The notes beneath the pieces were generated by a model that ran no database searches, was not told the origin of the DNA, and saw only the letters and a program-made list of their open reading frames with translations. This document shows, piece by piece, positions 26,316 to 36,135 of a DNA stretch of 44,128 nucleotides. Made by a program: the position numbers and the translations under genes. The DNA comes from a virus (taxonomy: Duplodnaviria > Caudoviricetes), in IMG/VR virus record IMGVR_UViG_3300025646_000087, positions 1 to 44,128 of that record. The stretch is one strand, 5' to 3'. Position 1 is the stretch's first letter, and every line of letters begins with the position of its first letter.

Positions 26316-26326
26316 GCACCTATAAG

Positions 26327-26833
26327 TTACAAGCTAGGCTTAGCTGGCTTGTTATCGTTAACCCAAGCTGGAGTCTCTAAAGTTGTTTGTGCAACTTTAG
26401 GTTTGTCGGTATGACCGACAGACTTAAATCCAATAATATTATTTTTATCTGGATAGTCCGGGTTATTACTTTTCTCAATACCAAAAGTTGAGATAACTTT
26501 TAAGCCAACCAACTCGCCAGCATTTGACGGTGGATTGCTTTCAAGTCCAAGAGCTTTGAGAAGTTTAGAAAACTGCCTAGATGCAATCTCTCTAACCATC
26601 TCTTGTTTCTCTTGGTCAGGATTGGTATACCAAAGATTAAAATTGTTTCTAGCAATCCAACCTTTGTATTTCTCGCCTGCAACAGCTACCTCTAACTTAA
26701 GATAAGAATTACCTGCTTGAGAAACAGTTTTCTCGCAAGTCTTTATCTCAGTCACATAATCGCCTTCGGGGATGAAGGAGTTATCACTTTCTTTCGTTTC
26801 GAAATTAAACTTGACATCTGCAAAATCGCTCAT
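26327..26833 (-). CDS. Single-stranded DNA-binding protein (DUF669-like)
   Basis: IPEGDY, S.AGN.YLKL, follows Sak4-like gene; start moved to ATG 26833 (RBS AGGAGG). Confidence 0.75.
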   Translation of the reverse strand: MSDFADVKFNFETKESDNSFIPEGDYVTEIKTCEKTVSQAGNSYLKLEVAVAGEKYKGWIARNNFNLWYTNPDQEKQEMVREIASRQFSKLLKALGLESNPPSNAGELVGLKVISTFGIEKSNNPDYPDKNNIIGFKSVGHTDKPKVAQTTLETPAWVNDNKPAKPSL

Positions 26834-26834
26834 A

Positions 26835-27542
26835 TTAGCCTCCTGTTGTAAAACCAAGTTTATTAATAATATGCGTTAAGTTAGGCTCTTCAAAAGTATC
26901 TAACTTACCACTCCTGTCTTTGGCGGTGTAATTCGCGCCAAGGGTTGTTTGTAACCAACGATTGGTTACCTTCTTACCTTCTTCATTTTCTTCTTCAAAA
27001 ACTCTAAGTACTAGAACTTCATCAAAGAAGTAAGGTATTTGAACTGGAAGTTTTGCACCTACCATCATAGGTTGATACGTAAACATTCCGGTTTGCTCAT
27101 CACGTATCTTGTCCTCTTTAGCAACAAAGATGACGTGAATTTTGAGATCCCTAAACCTACGCATAGTTTTGGTCATAATTTCTATAACCTCGCCATAAGC
27201 ACGTCTTGGGTCTTTGCTTTTAGCTTTTTCAGCTGCAAGCAAAATCTCTGACATTTCTGTCACGCTGTCCAAGCAAACGGTATCGTAATCAAGTTGACCT
27301 GACTCAAGTAGTTGAGCGATCTCCTCGATTTCATGCGCTTCTTTAACCTCAATAGCAGTAACGTTCTCTTGATCTCTAATAGATAAGAGTCCGGCCTCCA
27401 TACTGATGATTAAAGTTTTGCCTGGGGCAGTTGCGCAGGTAGTCGTCTTACCTGCTCCTGATGCTCCGTAGATTAAGATTTTTGCACCTTGTTTTTCTAC
27501 GAGTTCATTAGGACTTTTTATACGACTCAATATATCAGACAT
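26835..27542 (-). CDS. AAA_24 / Sak4-like recombination ATPase
   Basis: LIYGASGAGKTT, VCLDSVTE, AKDRSG. Confidence 0.85.
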   Translation of the reverse strand: MSDILSRIKSPNELVEKQGAKILIYGASGAGKTTTCATAPGKTLIISMEAGLLSIRDQENVTAIEVKEAHEIEEIAQLLESGQLDYDTVCLDSVTEMSEILLAAEKAKSKDPRRAYGEVIEIMTKTMRRFRDLKIHVIFVAKEDKIRDEQTGMFTYQPMMVGAKLPVQIPYFFDEVLVLRVFEEENEEGKKVTNRWLQTTLGANYTAKDRSGKLDTFEEPNLTHIINKLGFTTGG

Positions 27543-27632
27543 ATATCTTCTCCTTTTTTTTATAAAAAGTATTTTAATTTAATTTATTTAGAATTACAAT
27601 TAGTCAACAAGAAAATATGAACGGATTGTAAA

Positions 27633-27968
27633 ATGAATGAAGTGCACAAAGATCAATGGAAAGTAAACTATCTTTGGAGGTTAAAAACTTTAACCGATAG
27701 AGAGCTTAATACATTTCTTGCAGAAAAACTAGAACCTGAATACAAGGAGAGAGAGGTGCGAAGATATACCTTAAAAGAATATATTGAATTTGTAGGTACA
27801 GAACCTGCAGCAGAATTATTTGATTGCTCGCCAGCAACTACTAAAGCTTGGCGATATGGTTTAAGACAACCGTCAATCAAACAAGCAAAAAAAATAATCA
27901 AAGCTAGTGGGGGCAAACTTGATTTTGAATCTATATATGGACCGCTAGAAGACAAGAGTGAAAGTTAA
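27633..27968 (+). CDS. Cro/YdaS-like HTH regulator
   Basis: TLKEYI...AAELFDCSPATTKAWRYGLRQPS...IIKASGGK. Confidence 0.75.
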   Translation: MNEVHKDQWKVNYLWRLKTLTDRELNTFLAEKLEPEYKEREVRRYTLKEYIEFVGTEPAAELFDCSPATTKAWRYGLRQPSIKQAKKIIKASGGKLDFESIYGPLEDKSES

Positions 27969-27970
27969 TA

Positions 27971-30094
27971 GTGTTCAATTTAAATATTACAGCGCAAGAT
28001 ACTGCGTTGGATTTAGCGCTTGCGTATGCTGAGTTTGGCGTAAGTGTAGTACCACTACATCGTCATAATAAAGTTCCACCTAAAGAGTTAGGCGGATGGC
28101 AGCAGTTTCAAGAACGCCAACCAACGACAGAAGAAATTACCAAATGGTTTAAAGGTAGGGATGATTTAGTTGTAGCCTTAGTCTGCGGAAAATTTATAGT
28201 AGTCGACGCAGACACTCCTGAAGCTGTTAATTGGGCTGACGCTACTCTCCCTACCACCCCATTCAAAGTCGCTACAGGTAAAGGCGTACACTATTACTAT
28301 AATAATCCTGAAAACTTTACTACTTATGTAGCAAGAAGAACCGCAACAACCGAACCTGAGAAACTTATAGATATAAGAGGGGTGGGCGGTCTTATTGTTG
28401 CACCTCACAATATTCATGCAACCGGAGCTATCTATGAACCAATTACTATTCCTGATTGGGAATTAGATGATATAGATGATCTTCCTGATTTTACTAAGGA
28501 GCTTTGGATAAAAATAACTGGAGCAGATAAAGTAAATGGCAAACCAATACAAACACCATTATCTTTAGACGGTGTAACAGAAGGGTCAAGAAATGACCAA
28601 GCCGCAAGACTTGCTGGTTATTTAATAGCAAAAGATTTAAATATAGACTTTGTACATTTCTTTGTTAATTCTTGGAATCAACAAAATAAACCACCTCTTC
28701 CTGATTCAGAAATACAAACAACAGTTAACAGCATACAAAAAACTCACGAAAGAAAAAACCAACAAGCACCAGCATATATATCTAAATTGCATCATATAGA
28801 TGAGCCTGTTGATCTATATAACCCACCAGGAATTATCAAAGACATTTACGATTATTCTGAGCGTATAGCGCAGATCTCTCAACCAGCTTTAAGTATGCAA
28901 GCAGCACTCGCTCTTTGTTCTGTAACTTTGGGAAGAATGTATAAGACCAATATGAATAATTTCTCATCTTTGTTCTTTATGTGTATTGCAAAATCAGGGC
29001 AAGGAAAAGAAAACGTTAAAACAGTTATTGAAGCTATTTTAGATAAAGCTGGTTATTCTGATCTTATGGCTGGTGATGGCTATACATCAAGTGGTGCTAT
29101 CTATTCTATTCTTAGATATAAACCAACACACATTACAGTTATGGATGAATTTGGTAAGAGATTAGAAAGCATATCTAATTCTAGCAACTCAAACAAAGAA
29201 GACGCTATTCAAGTTCTTATGGAAACATGGGGAAGATGTCATGGTACTTTGCGACCTGACAATTATTCTATGATGACGTTAACGCAGAAACAACAAAAAG
29301 AAGTGCTAGATAGATCAACTATCAAACCTGCAATAACGTTGGTCGGTATGAGCGTACCAAAGAATTTCTATGGTGCGCTCTCAACCGGTCGTATTGTAGA
29401 TGGATTCTTAAATAGATTTATTGTTGCTGAATCTACTATTCCAAGAACTGTTGGAAAAATGAAACCATTTGTTGAGCCACCTAAATCAACAACAGATTGG
29501 GTAGAACATGTTCGTCAAGTTAAAAATGAAATAGAGCAAATTGCCATCAATAATGCAGAAATGGATTTTAAACAAAGAGTTATAGCTTTCTCAGATGAAA
29601 GTAATCATCTTTTAGAAAAGCTTGCATACGATTTAGTGGAGCAACAAAACAGATTAGAAAAAGATGGATTGGAAGTATTGCTATCAAGAACAAGAGAAAA
29701 ATCTATGAGACTTGCTTTAATTGCCGCGTTAGCAGATGACCGCAATGCAAAGGTTATTCCTGTAGAAATAACTAAGTGGGCAATTGATTACGTTAACTAT
29801 TACGATCAGCTATTAGTAGAAAGCTGTAGAGATAAAGTTGCTGGATCAGAAATGGAAGGAAAGATCAAGCAAATACTTAACTTTATTAGATCGCAAGGCG
29901 ACTGGGGTATCAGCAAACGCGATATTGATAGAAGAGAAATATTTAGATCAATGAAGTCATACGAAGTCAAAGAGATTATAGAAAGGCTTAAAAATGCTGG
30001 TGAGATACAAGAAAAAGATTTAAAAGCTAAAGGAACAGGTAGACCAACAAAAAGAATTGTTGCGATTGATCCTGAATTTTTTGAAGAAGAATAA
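27971..30094 (+). CDS. Bifunctional primase-polymerase (Prim-Pol) + PriCT + DUF3987-like helicase
   Basis: GVSVVP, VVDAD, TGKGVHYYY, IDIRGVGGLIVAP, EGSRND, Walker A SGQGKE, MDEFG, DGFLNRF. Confidence 0.88.
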   Translation: MFNLNITAQDTALDLALAYAEFGVSVVPLHRHNKVPPKELGGWQQFQERQPTTEEITKWFKGRDDLVVALVCGKFIVVDADTPEAVNWADATLPTTPFKVATGKGVHYYYNNPENFTTYVARRTATTEPEKLIDIRGVGGLIVAPHNIHATGAIYEPITIPDWELDDIDDLPDFTKELWIKITGADKVNGKPIQTPLSLDGVTEGSRNDQAARLAGYLIAKDLNIDFVHFFVNSWNQQNKPPLPDSEIQTTVNSIQKTHERKNQQAPAYISKLHHIDEPVDLYNPPGIIKDIYDYSERIAQISQPALSMQAALALCSVTLGRMYKTNMNNFSSLFFMCIAKSGQGKENVKTVIEAILDKAGYSDLMAGDGYTSSGAIYSILRYKPTHITVMDEFGKRLESISNSSNSNKEDAIQVLMETWGRCHGTLRPDNYSMMTLTQKQQKEVLDRSTIKPAITLVGMSVPKNFYGALSTGRIVDGFLNRFIVAESTIPRTVGKMKPFVEPPKSTTDWVEHVRQVKNEIEQIAINNAEMDFKQRVIAFSDESNHLLEKLAYDLVEQQNRLEKDGLEVLLSRTREKSMRLALIAALADDRNAKVIPVEITKWAIDYVNYYDQLLVESCRDKVAGSEMEGKIKQILNFIRSQGDWGISKRDIDRREIFRSMKSYEVKEIIERLKNAGEIQEKDLKAKGTGRPTKRIVAIDPEFFEEE

Positions 30095-30106
30095 AAGGAG
30101 ATAACT

Positions 30107-30583
30107 ATGAATCCAAAACCTAAGATGGAAACGATCAACGATCAAAAACGGGAAGAACGTGTCGCTGGTTTTATAGAAGGACTTTGGAATGTTCGTTGCA
30201 ACAAATTACCAGTTAGTTATGGATTAGATTACTGGTGCGAATCTAAAGAAGTATGTTTTTGGATGGAAGTAAAATGCAGAACTTTTAGTATAGAAAGATA
30301 CGACACTTTATTATTATCGGCATCTAAATTAAGAATGGGTGCGGCCTTATCTATAGCTACTAATCATCCATTTGTAATTGTTTATGCTATGACAGATAGT
30401 GTTTATAGCCACACTTGGCAACGCGACAAAGTGTACGATATTCGTTTTGGTACAGTAGCTGAACCAATATACGAAGAAGACTCTGAGCCATATGTGCATT
30501 TTTCTAGAGATGAACTTGAATGTTTATCGCCATATCCTCTAGGATTTGATCGCGAAGAGATGGGATTAGTTAAGAAGAAATAA
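30107..30583 (+). CDS. PD-(D/E)xK-like endonuclease
   Basis: YGLDY...WMEVKCR. Confidence 0.6.
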   Translation: MNPKPKMETINDQKREERVAGFIEGLWNVRCNKLPVSYGLDYWCESKEVCFWMEVKCRTFSIERYDTLLLSASKLRMGAALSIATNHPFVIVYAMTDSVYSHTWQRDKVYDIRFGTVAEPIYEEDSEPYVHFSRDELECLSPYPLGFDREEMGLVKKK

Positions 30584-30584
30584 T

Positions 30585-31007
30585 ATGCCAATTAATAGTA
30601 GAAACAAAGGAGCAGGTTTTGAGCGAGAAATAGCCAAAACTTTAAATGAATTTTTTGAAGAGCAAGGAATAGACTTTGCTTGTAAAAGAAATCTAGATCA
30701 ATATCAATCTAAAAATCTTTGCGATATCAATATTCCTTTTCACGCCGTTGAATGTAAGTTTTACAAAGAGGGCGACTGGTATCAATCAGGCTGGTGGAAT
30801 CAAGTATGTGAATCTGCCGGCAACAGAATCCCTGTTTTAATTTTTAAATACAACAGAAGAAGTACAAAAGTTTGCGTACCTATTTACGCTGTTAATACCG
30901 AATGGGAAAAAACCAATAAAATAGTAAATGTAATGACGCTAGAAGATTGGTTGGAAGTTCTCAAAAAGAACTGGAAAGAATACGAAAAAATGGATTTTGA
31001 AAGTTAG
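30585..31007 (+). CDS. Hjc/T5 D14-like Holliday junction resolvase
   Basis: SRNKGAGFERE, CDI...AVECK, WWNQ, PVLIFKYNR. Confidence 0.75.
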   Translation: MPINSRNKGAGFEREIAKTLNEFFEEQGIDFACKRNLDQYQSKNLCDINIPFHAVECKFYKEGDWYQSGWWNQVCESAGNRIPVLIFKYNRRSTKVCVPIYAVNTEWEKTNKIVNVMTLEDWLEVLKKNWKEYEKMDFES

Positions 31008-34000
31008 GCTAATCTGCCAAGTCTTTGCGCTATATCAATATTTGCAGGAGAGCCGCCTAATAGACTAGGAGCCATTATTCCTTGCGCTTGTTCAGCACCT
31101 ATAGGCTCTACTTCTGGAAGATTTAAAGATGTAGTTAACGTCTGTCTTGCTTGAGTGGCCGCAGTTCCAAGTTCTCTACCTGCTCCTCTTAAAGTTTCTA
31201 AAAAGTCTTGAGTTACTTGTTCCTCACCAGCTCTTCTAGTTCCTTCTTCGAGACCTCTAGTTATATCTTCGCCAAGCTCAGTTGTTCCAAGTCCAAGTTC
31301 TCTGGTTAATGAAAATCTTATTGCTCTCTCTACAAATCTTAAAACCTCTCCTACAGAGCTGCTATCTGTTTTTGAAAGCAAAGAAACAATTCTTGGATTA
31401 GAGAATATAGCTTTATATGTTCCTAGAGCTACAGCTGTAGGCAACGCACTTAAATTAAATATATTTAAAGCTAAGGCACCAGCAACCAAAGTACCAGCTC
31501 CTCCAGCTTCTTCTGCTCCTACAGTTATTCTTAAAGTCCTTGCATAGTTTTTAAGAGACTCTGCAAGATCTTTTCCAAACATAGCTTGAAGCGTATCATC
31601 GCCGTAAGACTGTAAGGCTCTTTCTAAGTTACCTGGTTTAAATATTTCTCCAAGCTTGTTGCTTCCTGGAAGGATTGACTTTTTAATTAAAGATTCTAAA
31701 GCAAAATCTTGTACCTCAGCAAAAGCCTCAGGAGATAACTGTCCTTTAATAAATTCAATATCGCCAGCAGATCTTGGTCTGAATAATTTAGCGGCCATCT
31801 CTTCTGGAGTTGCAGTATCTAAATTTCTTAGAATATTTCTTTTTTCAAAATCTAATCTTTCAGAACTCGCTTGGGCTTTTTCTCTTAAACCTTTAATAAA
31901 TTTATTTAAACCCTCAAACCCTTGCGTTGCTTCCAAACCCTCTGCTTTAGAAGTCATATTGTTTGCAAGTCTGGTAAGTTCATCTGGAGTTAAGTTAGGG
32001 CTGAGCTTATTAAATTCATCTAACATTTGGAAGAATGTTGTTCTTTGCTTACCAACAAGCTGAGTTAGGATGGCTTCTTTCTTTAAAAGATTATTTACAT
32101 ATCTTGATGGATTCACTATTCCAGTAATAGGATCTGTTGCTAGAGCTATCTCATCTTTAAATAATCTTCTTAAAAGCTGAGTTCTAAGAGTAGCTCTTGT
32201 TGCAGTCTTGCCAATTATCTTGCCTTTAGCATCTTTAATAAATATTGGAGATTCTGGCATTGCTGCAAGAATATCTTTTAGATCGCCGTGTTTGTTTTTT
32301 TGAATTATGAAATTGTACACATCATCAGGATCTACTTTATTTTGGCCAGCATCTTTTTTAACTCTAAGAACAGCTGCGTTATCAAACGGCTCCATCGACT
32401 TTGCATATCTTTGATTTTCTTTATTAATTCTATTAGCCAAATTAAAAAGCTGCTTTCTCTTTGTTTCACTTACTGGTTCTCTGACTATCTTTTCTATAAA
32501 GATTGGTTTGTCAGTTTTTGGATCAACTTTTTGTAATCCTGTTTTTGGATCTATTACAGGCTCTTTTACTTTAGTAGCTCTAGTAATAAATCCTAAAGGA
32601 GCATCTGTCAGTTTGTCATCTATCATTTCTCTAACAGCTTTAATGACGTTTCCTTTTTCGCCACCTTTTAAACCAGCACTTAACGTAGCTCCAATTAAAT
32701 CTCCTTTGATACTAATAAGCTGATCTAGTCTTGCTCCATTTCTTAGCTTACCGCCATCTATTTCTTCTTTGAGCTTCATCAGCACTTTAAAATTGATGTC
32801 TTCATCTTTGGCTGGAAGCAAAACGTTTCTATCTAAAATTTGATTAATGTATTCACTTATATCATCTAAGTTTATTCGTATGTCTTTATCGCCAGTAAAT
32901 TTATCTACTTCGTCAAATAAAGTTTTATATCTGCCTTCAAAACCTTTTTGCATATCTATATAAGCATTTTTGATTGTGCTTTGAATGCTTGCTCCAAGCT
33001 CTGCTCTTTGAGGAGCTAATAATATTCCAGAGTCAAAACCTCCAGTCTGCTCTGTTAAATCTTCTATTAATCTTTGTAGCTGATTAGACATATCCTCATC
33101 TGCTTTTTCTAATAAAGATTTTTTAGATTTTAATTCTGAAATAAGTAAAGAATCATCTGCGTTAGTTAAAGCGTAATCATCTAGACGTGCTTGCGTTTGA
33201 GCTATCTTTTCTCTGAGTTGTTTAAGAGCCGCCATATTGTAGGCAATCAATCCTTGATCTCTGCTCTTTCTTCCAAAGATAGTTTCACCTGCGGCCTGCA
33301 TTCTTCCAGGCAACGCTCTTCCTAAAGCTCTTTGACTTGGAACACCTCTAACGCCGAGATCTTTTACCTCACCTCTTTTAGCGGCTTTTTTAATATCGTT
33401 TTCTGTTGCAAGCCTTCCCAGTTTTCCATCCAGCTTAATAACGTCATCCATACTGTAGCCGTTATTAACAACCCAAGTGTCTCTAATATCTGCAATAGGT
33501 GCTTTTCTTCCAAAGAAAGCTGCGAATGCTTTTGCTCCAAGTTCTCCAACCCCTTGTCCTACAGTACCAAAAGCAAATTCATTTTTAAGCATATCTGCAA
33601 CGTCTTGACTGTCTTGTAATTGAAATCCTTGCTGAGCATCTAATACTTCCTCAGCTCCTTTACCTGCAGCCGAACCGAGTCCAGCAGATACAGCTCTAGA
33701 AACAGCTGGGCTTCTAAATAAAACTTGCGCCATCTTAACCAATCTAAGATGCGGGCTAAGTGCAGTTATGGCTCCAAGTATCGGGCCGGCAGCTCCAGCA
33801 AAATCTGCAAAGTCTCCTGCTGTACCAAATCTGTTTTCATCTATAACAATATTTTTGGTAGATATTTGTTCAGGTTCTAACAAACCTTTTTCTACAAGTC
33901 TTCTCTGCCCTTCTGGAGTGATAGCTAGATCGCCTTTGGTAGAACGAGTAAAACCCTCGCTGCCAACCTCTCCTCTAAGGACAGCTTCTTTTTCTAAGTC

Positions 34001-34222
34001 TAGTCTTTTGCCATCTACTTTAACTGATTCAGCTCTAGCAAGTTTTTGTCTAAGGCTAGGAATATTGATACCTGTTTCGTAATCAAAATATAATTTATCA
34101 AAAATAGGAGAAGCTTCTTTCTTTGCTATTTCTGCTTGTAATTTTTGTTCAGCTTCTTTTCTAGAATTTGCGTAGATAGGAACCGTTAAATCGTCGGTTA
34201 GTATGAAATCATATTTTTTCAT
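31004..34222 (-). CDS. Large helical protein, putative internal virion/ejection protein
   Basis: 1072 aa; G/A-rich hydrophobic segments near both ends; last gene of tail block. Confidence 0.6.
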   Translation of the reverse strand: MKKYDFILTDDLTVPIYANSRKEAEQKLQAEIAKKEASPIFDKLYFDYETGINIPSLRQKLARAESVKVDGKRLDLEKEAVLRGEVGSEGFTRSTKGDLAITPEGQRRLVEKGLLEPEQISTKNIVIDENRFGTAGDFADFAGAAGPILGAITALSPHLRLVKMAQVLFRSPAVSRAVSAGLGSAAGKGAEEVLDAQQGFQLQDSQDVADMLKNEFAFGTVGQGVGELGAKAFAAFFGRKAPIADIRDTWVVNNGYSMDDVIKLDGKLGRLATENDIKKAAKRGEVKDLGVRGVPSQRALGRALPGRMQAAGETIFGRKSRDQGLIAYNMAALKQLREKIAQTQARLDDYALTNADDSLLISELKSKKSLLEKADEDMSNQLQRLIEDLTEQTGGFDSGILLAPQRAELGASIQSTIKNAYIDMQKGFEGRYKTLFDEVDKFTGDKDIRINLDDISEYINQILDRNVLLPAKDEDINFKVLMKLKEEIDGGKLRNGARLDQLISIKGDLIGATLSAGLKGGEKGNVIKAVREMIDDKLTDAPLGFITRATKVKEPVIDPKTGLQKVDPKTDKPIFIEKIVREPVSETKRKQLFNLANRINKENQRYAKSMEPFDNAAVLRVKKDAGQNKVDPDDVYNFIIQKNKHGDLKDILAAMPESPIFIKDAKGKIIGKTATRATLRTQLLRRLFKDEIALATDPITGIVNPSRYVNNLLKKEAILTQLVGKQRTTFFQMLDEFNKLSPNLTPDELTRLANNMTSKAEGLEATQGFEGLNKFIKGLREKAQASSERLDFEKRNILRNLDTATPEEMAAKLFRPRSAGDIEFIKGQLSPEAFAEVQDFALESLIKKSILPGSNKLGEIFKPGNLERALQSYGDDTLQAMFGKDLAESLKNYARTLRITVGAEEAGGAGTLVAGALALNIFNLSALPTAVALGTYKAIFSNPRIVSLLSKTDSSSVGEVLRFVERAIRFSLTRELGLGTTELGEDITRGLEEGTRRAGEEQVTQDFLETLRGAGRELGTAATQARQTLTTSLNLPEVEPIGAEQAQGIMAPSLLGGSPANIDIAQRLGRLA

Positions 34223-36126
34223 TTTCTAAATTGAGATCTAAAATCTATTGTCTCTGAAGGTTCAACCTCTCCATATGGAGCTGGGCTAAATTCTAGTAAA
34301 TCTTTAATAGTTTGATAGTCACTAGACACTGCTGAAGAATCTTGCTTAGATCTTCTAAAAAATTCTAAATCTATATTTGCTTGAGATTGCTGTCTTTTGA
34401 TTGAATCTACAAATCCTTTTCTCGTATCTTTTAATTTATCAATAATGATTGCTGGAGGTGTGAATGTATCAATCGTACCAAAGATATCTTCAATAATCTT
34501 TCTATCTAAGTTAGATATAGTCTTACCAGATTCACCCAATAAGTCTCTAATTGATTTTTGTTGTAGAACTTTAACAGCTGCTTCTGCTCTTGTTCTTGGA
34601 GACAGTTGATCAAAGTCTTTACCGTAACCTTCTTTAACAAGAGTTAAAAATTGGTCTTTTGCTTTACCTAAAAGACCTACCAATCCAGTTGCGCCGCCAG
34701 CTTCTATTTCGCTTATAACGCCATCTAATTTTTTTAAATTATCTCTAGAATTTTGAAACTCTTTTAAAGTGTTTGCAAGACTTTCATCTCTTTTTGCAAT
34801 AGCTTCTAAATCTGAAATTTTAAGAATTTCTTTTCCTTTTAGCAAAGCTTCTCTTACAGCTTTTTCTTTTTCAAATTCGAGCAATTTTCTTTCTTCAAAT
34901 GTTTGAGCTGCACCTAAACCAATACCAGCACCTATTTGAGAAGTTTTAGTCATTTGACTTCCAATATTTCCAATATATCTTACAAAATCAGGATTCGAGA
35001 ATACAGTCTTCATAGCTTCTAAAGAACTTTTTTCATTCTCTACATCAACATAAGGTTCGTCTTCTTTTGTTTCTTTTACTTTTTTGCCTTCTTCTTTCGC
35101 TAGTTTTTCTTCTTCAGTTACAACTGCTTCTTCTGGAGTAATTTCTTCTTCAACAACAGCTTCCCCTACAATCTCTTTTTCCGCAGGAACTTCTTCTACA
35201 ATAGTTGGTTTTGTTAAGTCTTCTAATTCTTTATCTATTGTTGTTTCTACAGTAGGAGCTATTAATTCTGGTGGTTGATATTCAACACCAGGAATAGACT
35301 GTAATCTTGCTAAAGATAATTCTTCTCTTGTTGGAACACTTGGAATAGCTTCTCTGAATCTTTTTCTTTGACGAGCTCCACCGGCCACTTCTCCTAAAAA
35401 TCCAGCAATACCACTTACTGGACCTTCTAATAATCTACCTATACCTAAACTAACATCAACAGTAGCTGAACCAATATCTTCTGGCCTGTAAGCTGTTCCT
35501 CTTCTTTCTTCAAATCCAAGACCACTCATTCTTTCAGTAATTTGAAAGGGTTCATCTTCTTGAACAAATTGTTCTAAAATTTTAGCCACGTTTGAACCAA
35601 ATTTTGCATTTGGGTTATTGATAATTGGATATAAGGTAACACCATCTATATCTCTGTTTTGAACCATCTGTTCAAAGTTAGCTGGCATATTATAAACATC
35701 ACTACCAATCATTACCTGATTAGGTCCAAGCTCCGGCTCTGCTTTTTCTACAGGTCTTTCTTGCGCAAACATTTCGTCTTCTGGAGCTTCTTCATCTAAT
35801 CCTGGAACAGGAATAAATCTATCTTGATCTAATTGAGAAACATCTATTGATTCTATTCTTGGAGCAGTAACAATAGTTTCTTGTGGTCTTCTGGGCATAG
35901 GTATTTGCACCTGCGATCTAGGATCTACAGGAGCGGGAGCGGGTGTAAATTGAGCAATTAATTCTCTAGTAAATTGCGGATTGATTCCAACTTGAATGCC
36001 TTCTGCAACAATATCGTCTGGATTCATTCCAGCCGCAATACGATCAGTTACAAACTTTTGTATGTTACCGCTATAACTAGAGGATACCCCTCCTTGTTGA
36101 AACATTCTTCTTTGAAGTACATTCAT
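34219..36126 (-). CDS. Putative internal virion/ejection protein
   Basis: 635 aa; MNVLQRRMFQQGG start, Glu-rich linker. Confidence 0.55.
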   Translation of the reverse strand: MNVLQRRMFQQGGVSSSYSGNIQKFVTDRIAAGMNPDDIVAEGIQVGINPQFTRELIAQFTPAPAPVDPRSQVQIPMPRRPQETIVTAPRIESIDVSQLDQDRFIPVPGLDEEAPEDEMFAQERPVEKAEPELGPNQVMIGSDVYNMPANFEQMVQNRDIDGVTLYPIINNPNAKFGSNVAKILEQFVQEDEPFQITERMSGLGFEERRGTAYRPEDIGSATVDVSLGIGRLLEGPVSGIAGFLGEVAGGARQRKRFREAIPSVPTREELSLARLQSIPGVEYQPPELIAPTVETTIDKELEDLTKPTIVEEVPAEKEIVGEAVVEEEITPEEAVVTEEEKLAKEEGKKVKETKEDEPYVDVENEKSSLEAMKTVFSNPDFVRYIGNIGSQMTKTSQIGAGIGLGAAQTFEERKLLEFEKEKAVREALLKGKEILKISDLEAIAKRDESLANTLKEFQNSRDNLKKLDGVISEIEAGGATGLVGLLGKAKDQFLTLVKEGYGKDFDQLSPRTRAEAAVKVLQQKSIRDLLGESGKTISNLDRKIIEDIFGTIDTFTPPAIIIDKLKDTRKGFVDSIKRQQSQANIDLEFFRRSKQDSSAVSSDYQTIKDLLEFSPAPYGEVEPSETIDFRSQFRK

Positions 36127-36135
36127 TGTTATCCT

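Noticed and set aside
14967-30591. Short antisense or alternate-frame ORFs in early and replication genes (e.g. 17592, 20346, 20461, 22125, 22145, 25299, 27668, 29806)
   Set aside because: Fully overlap better-supported genes
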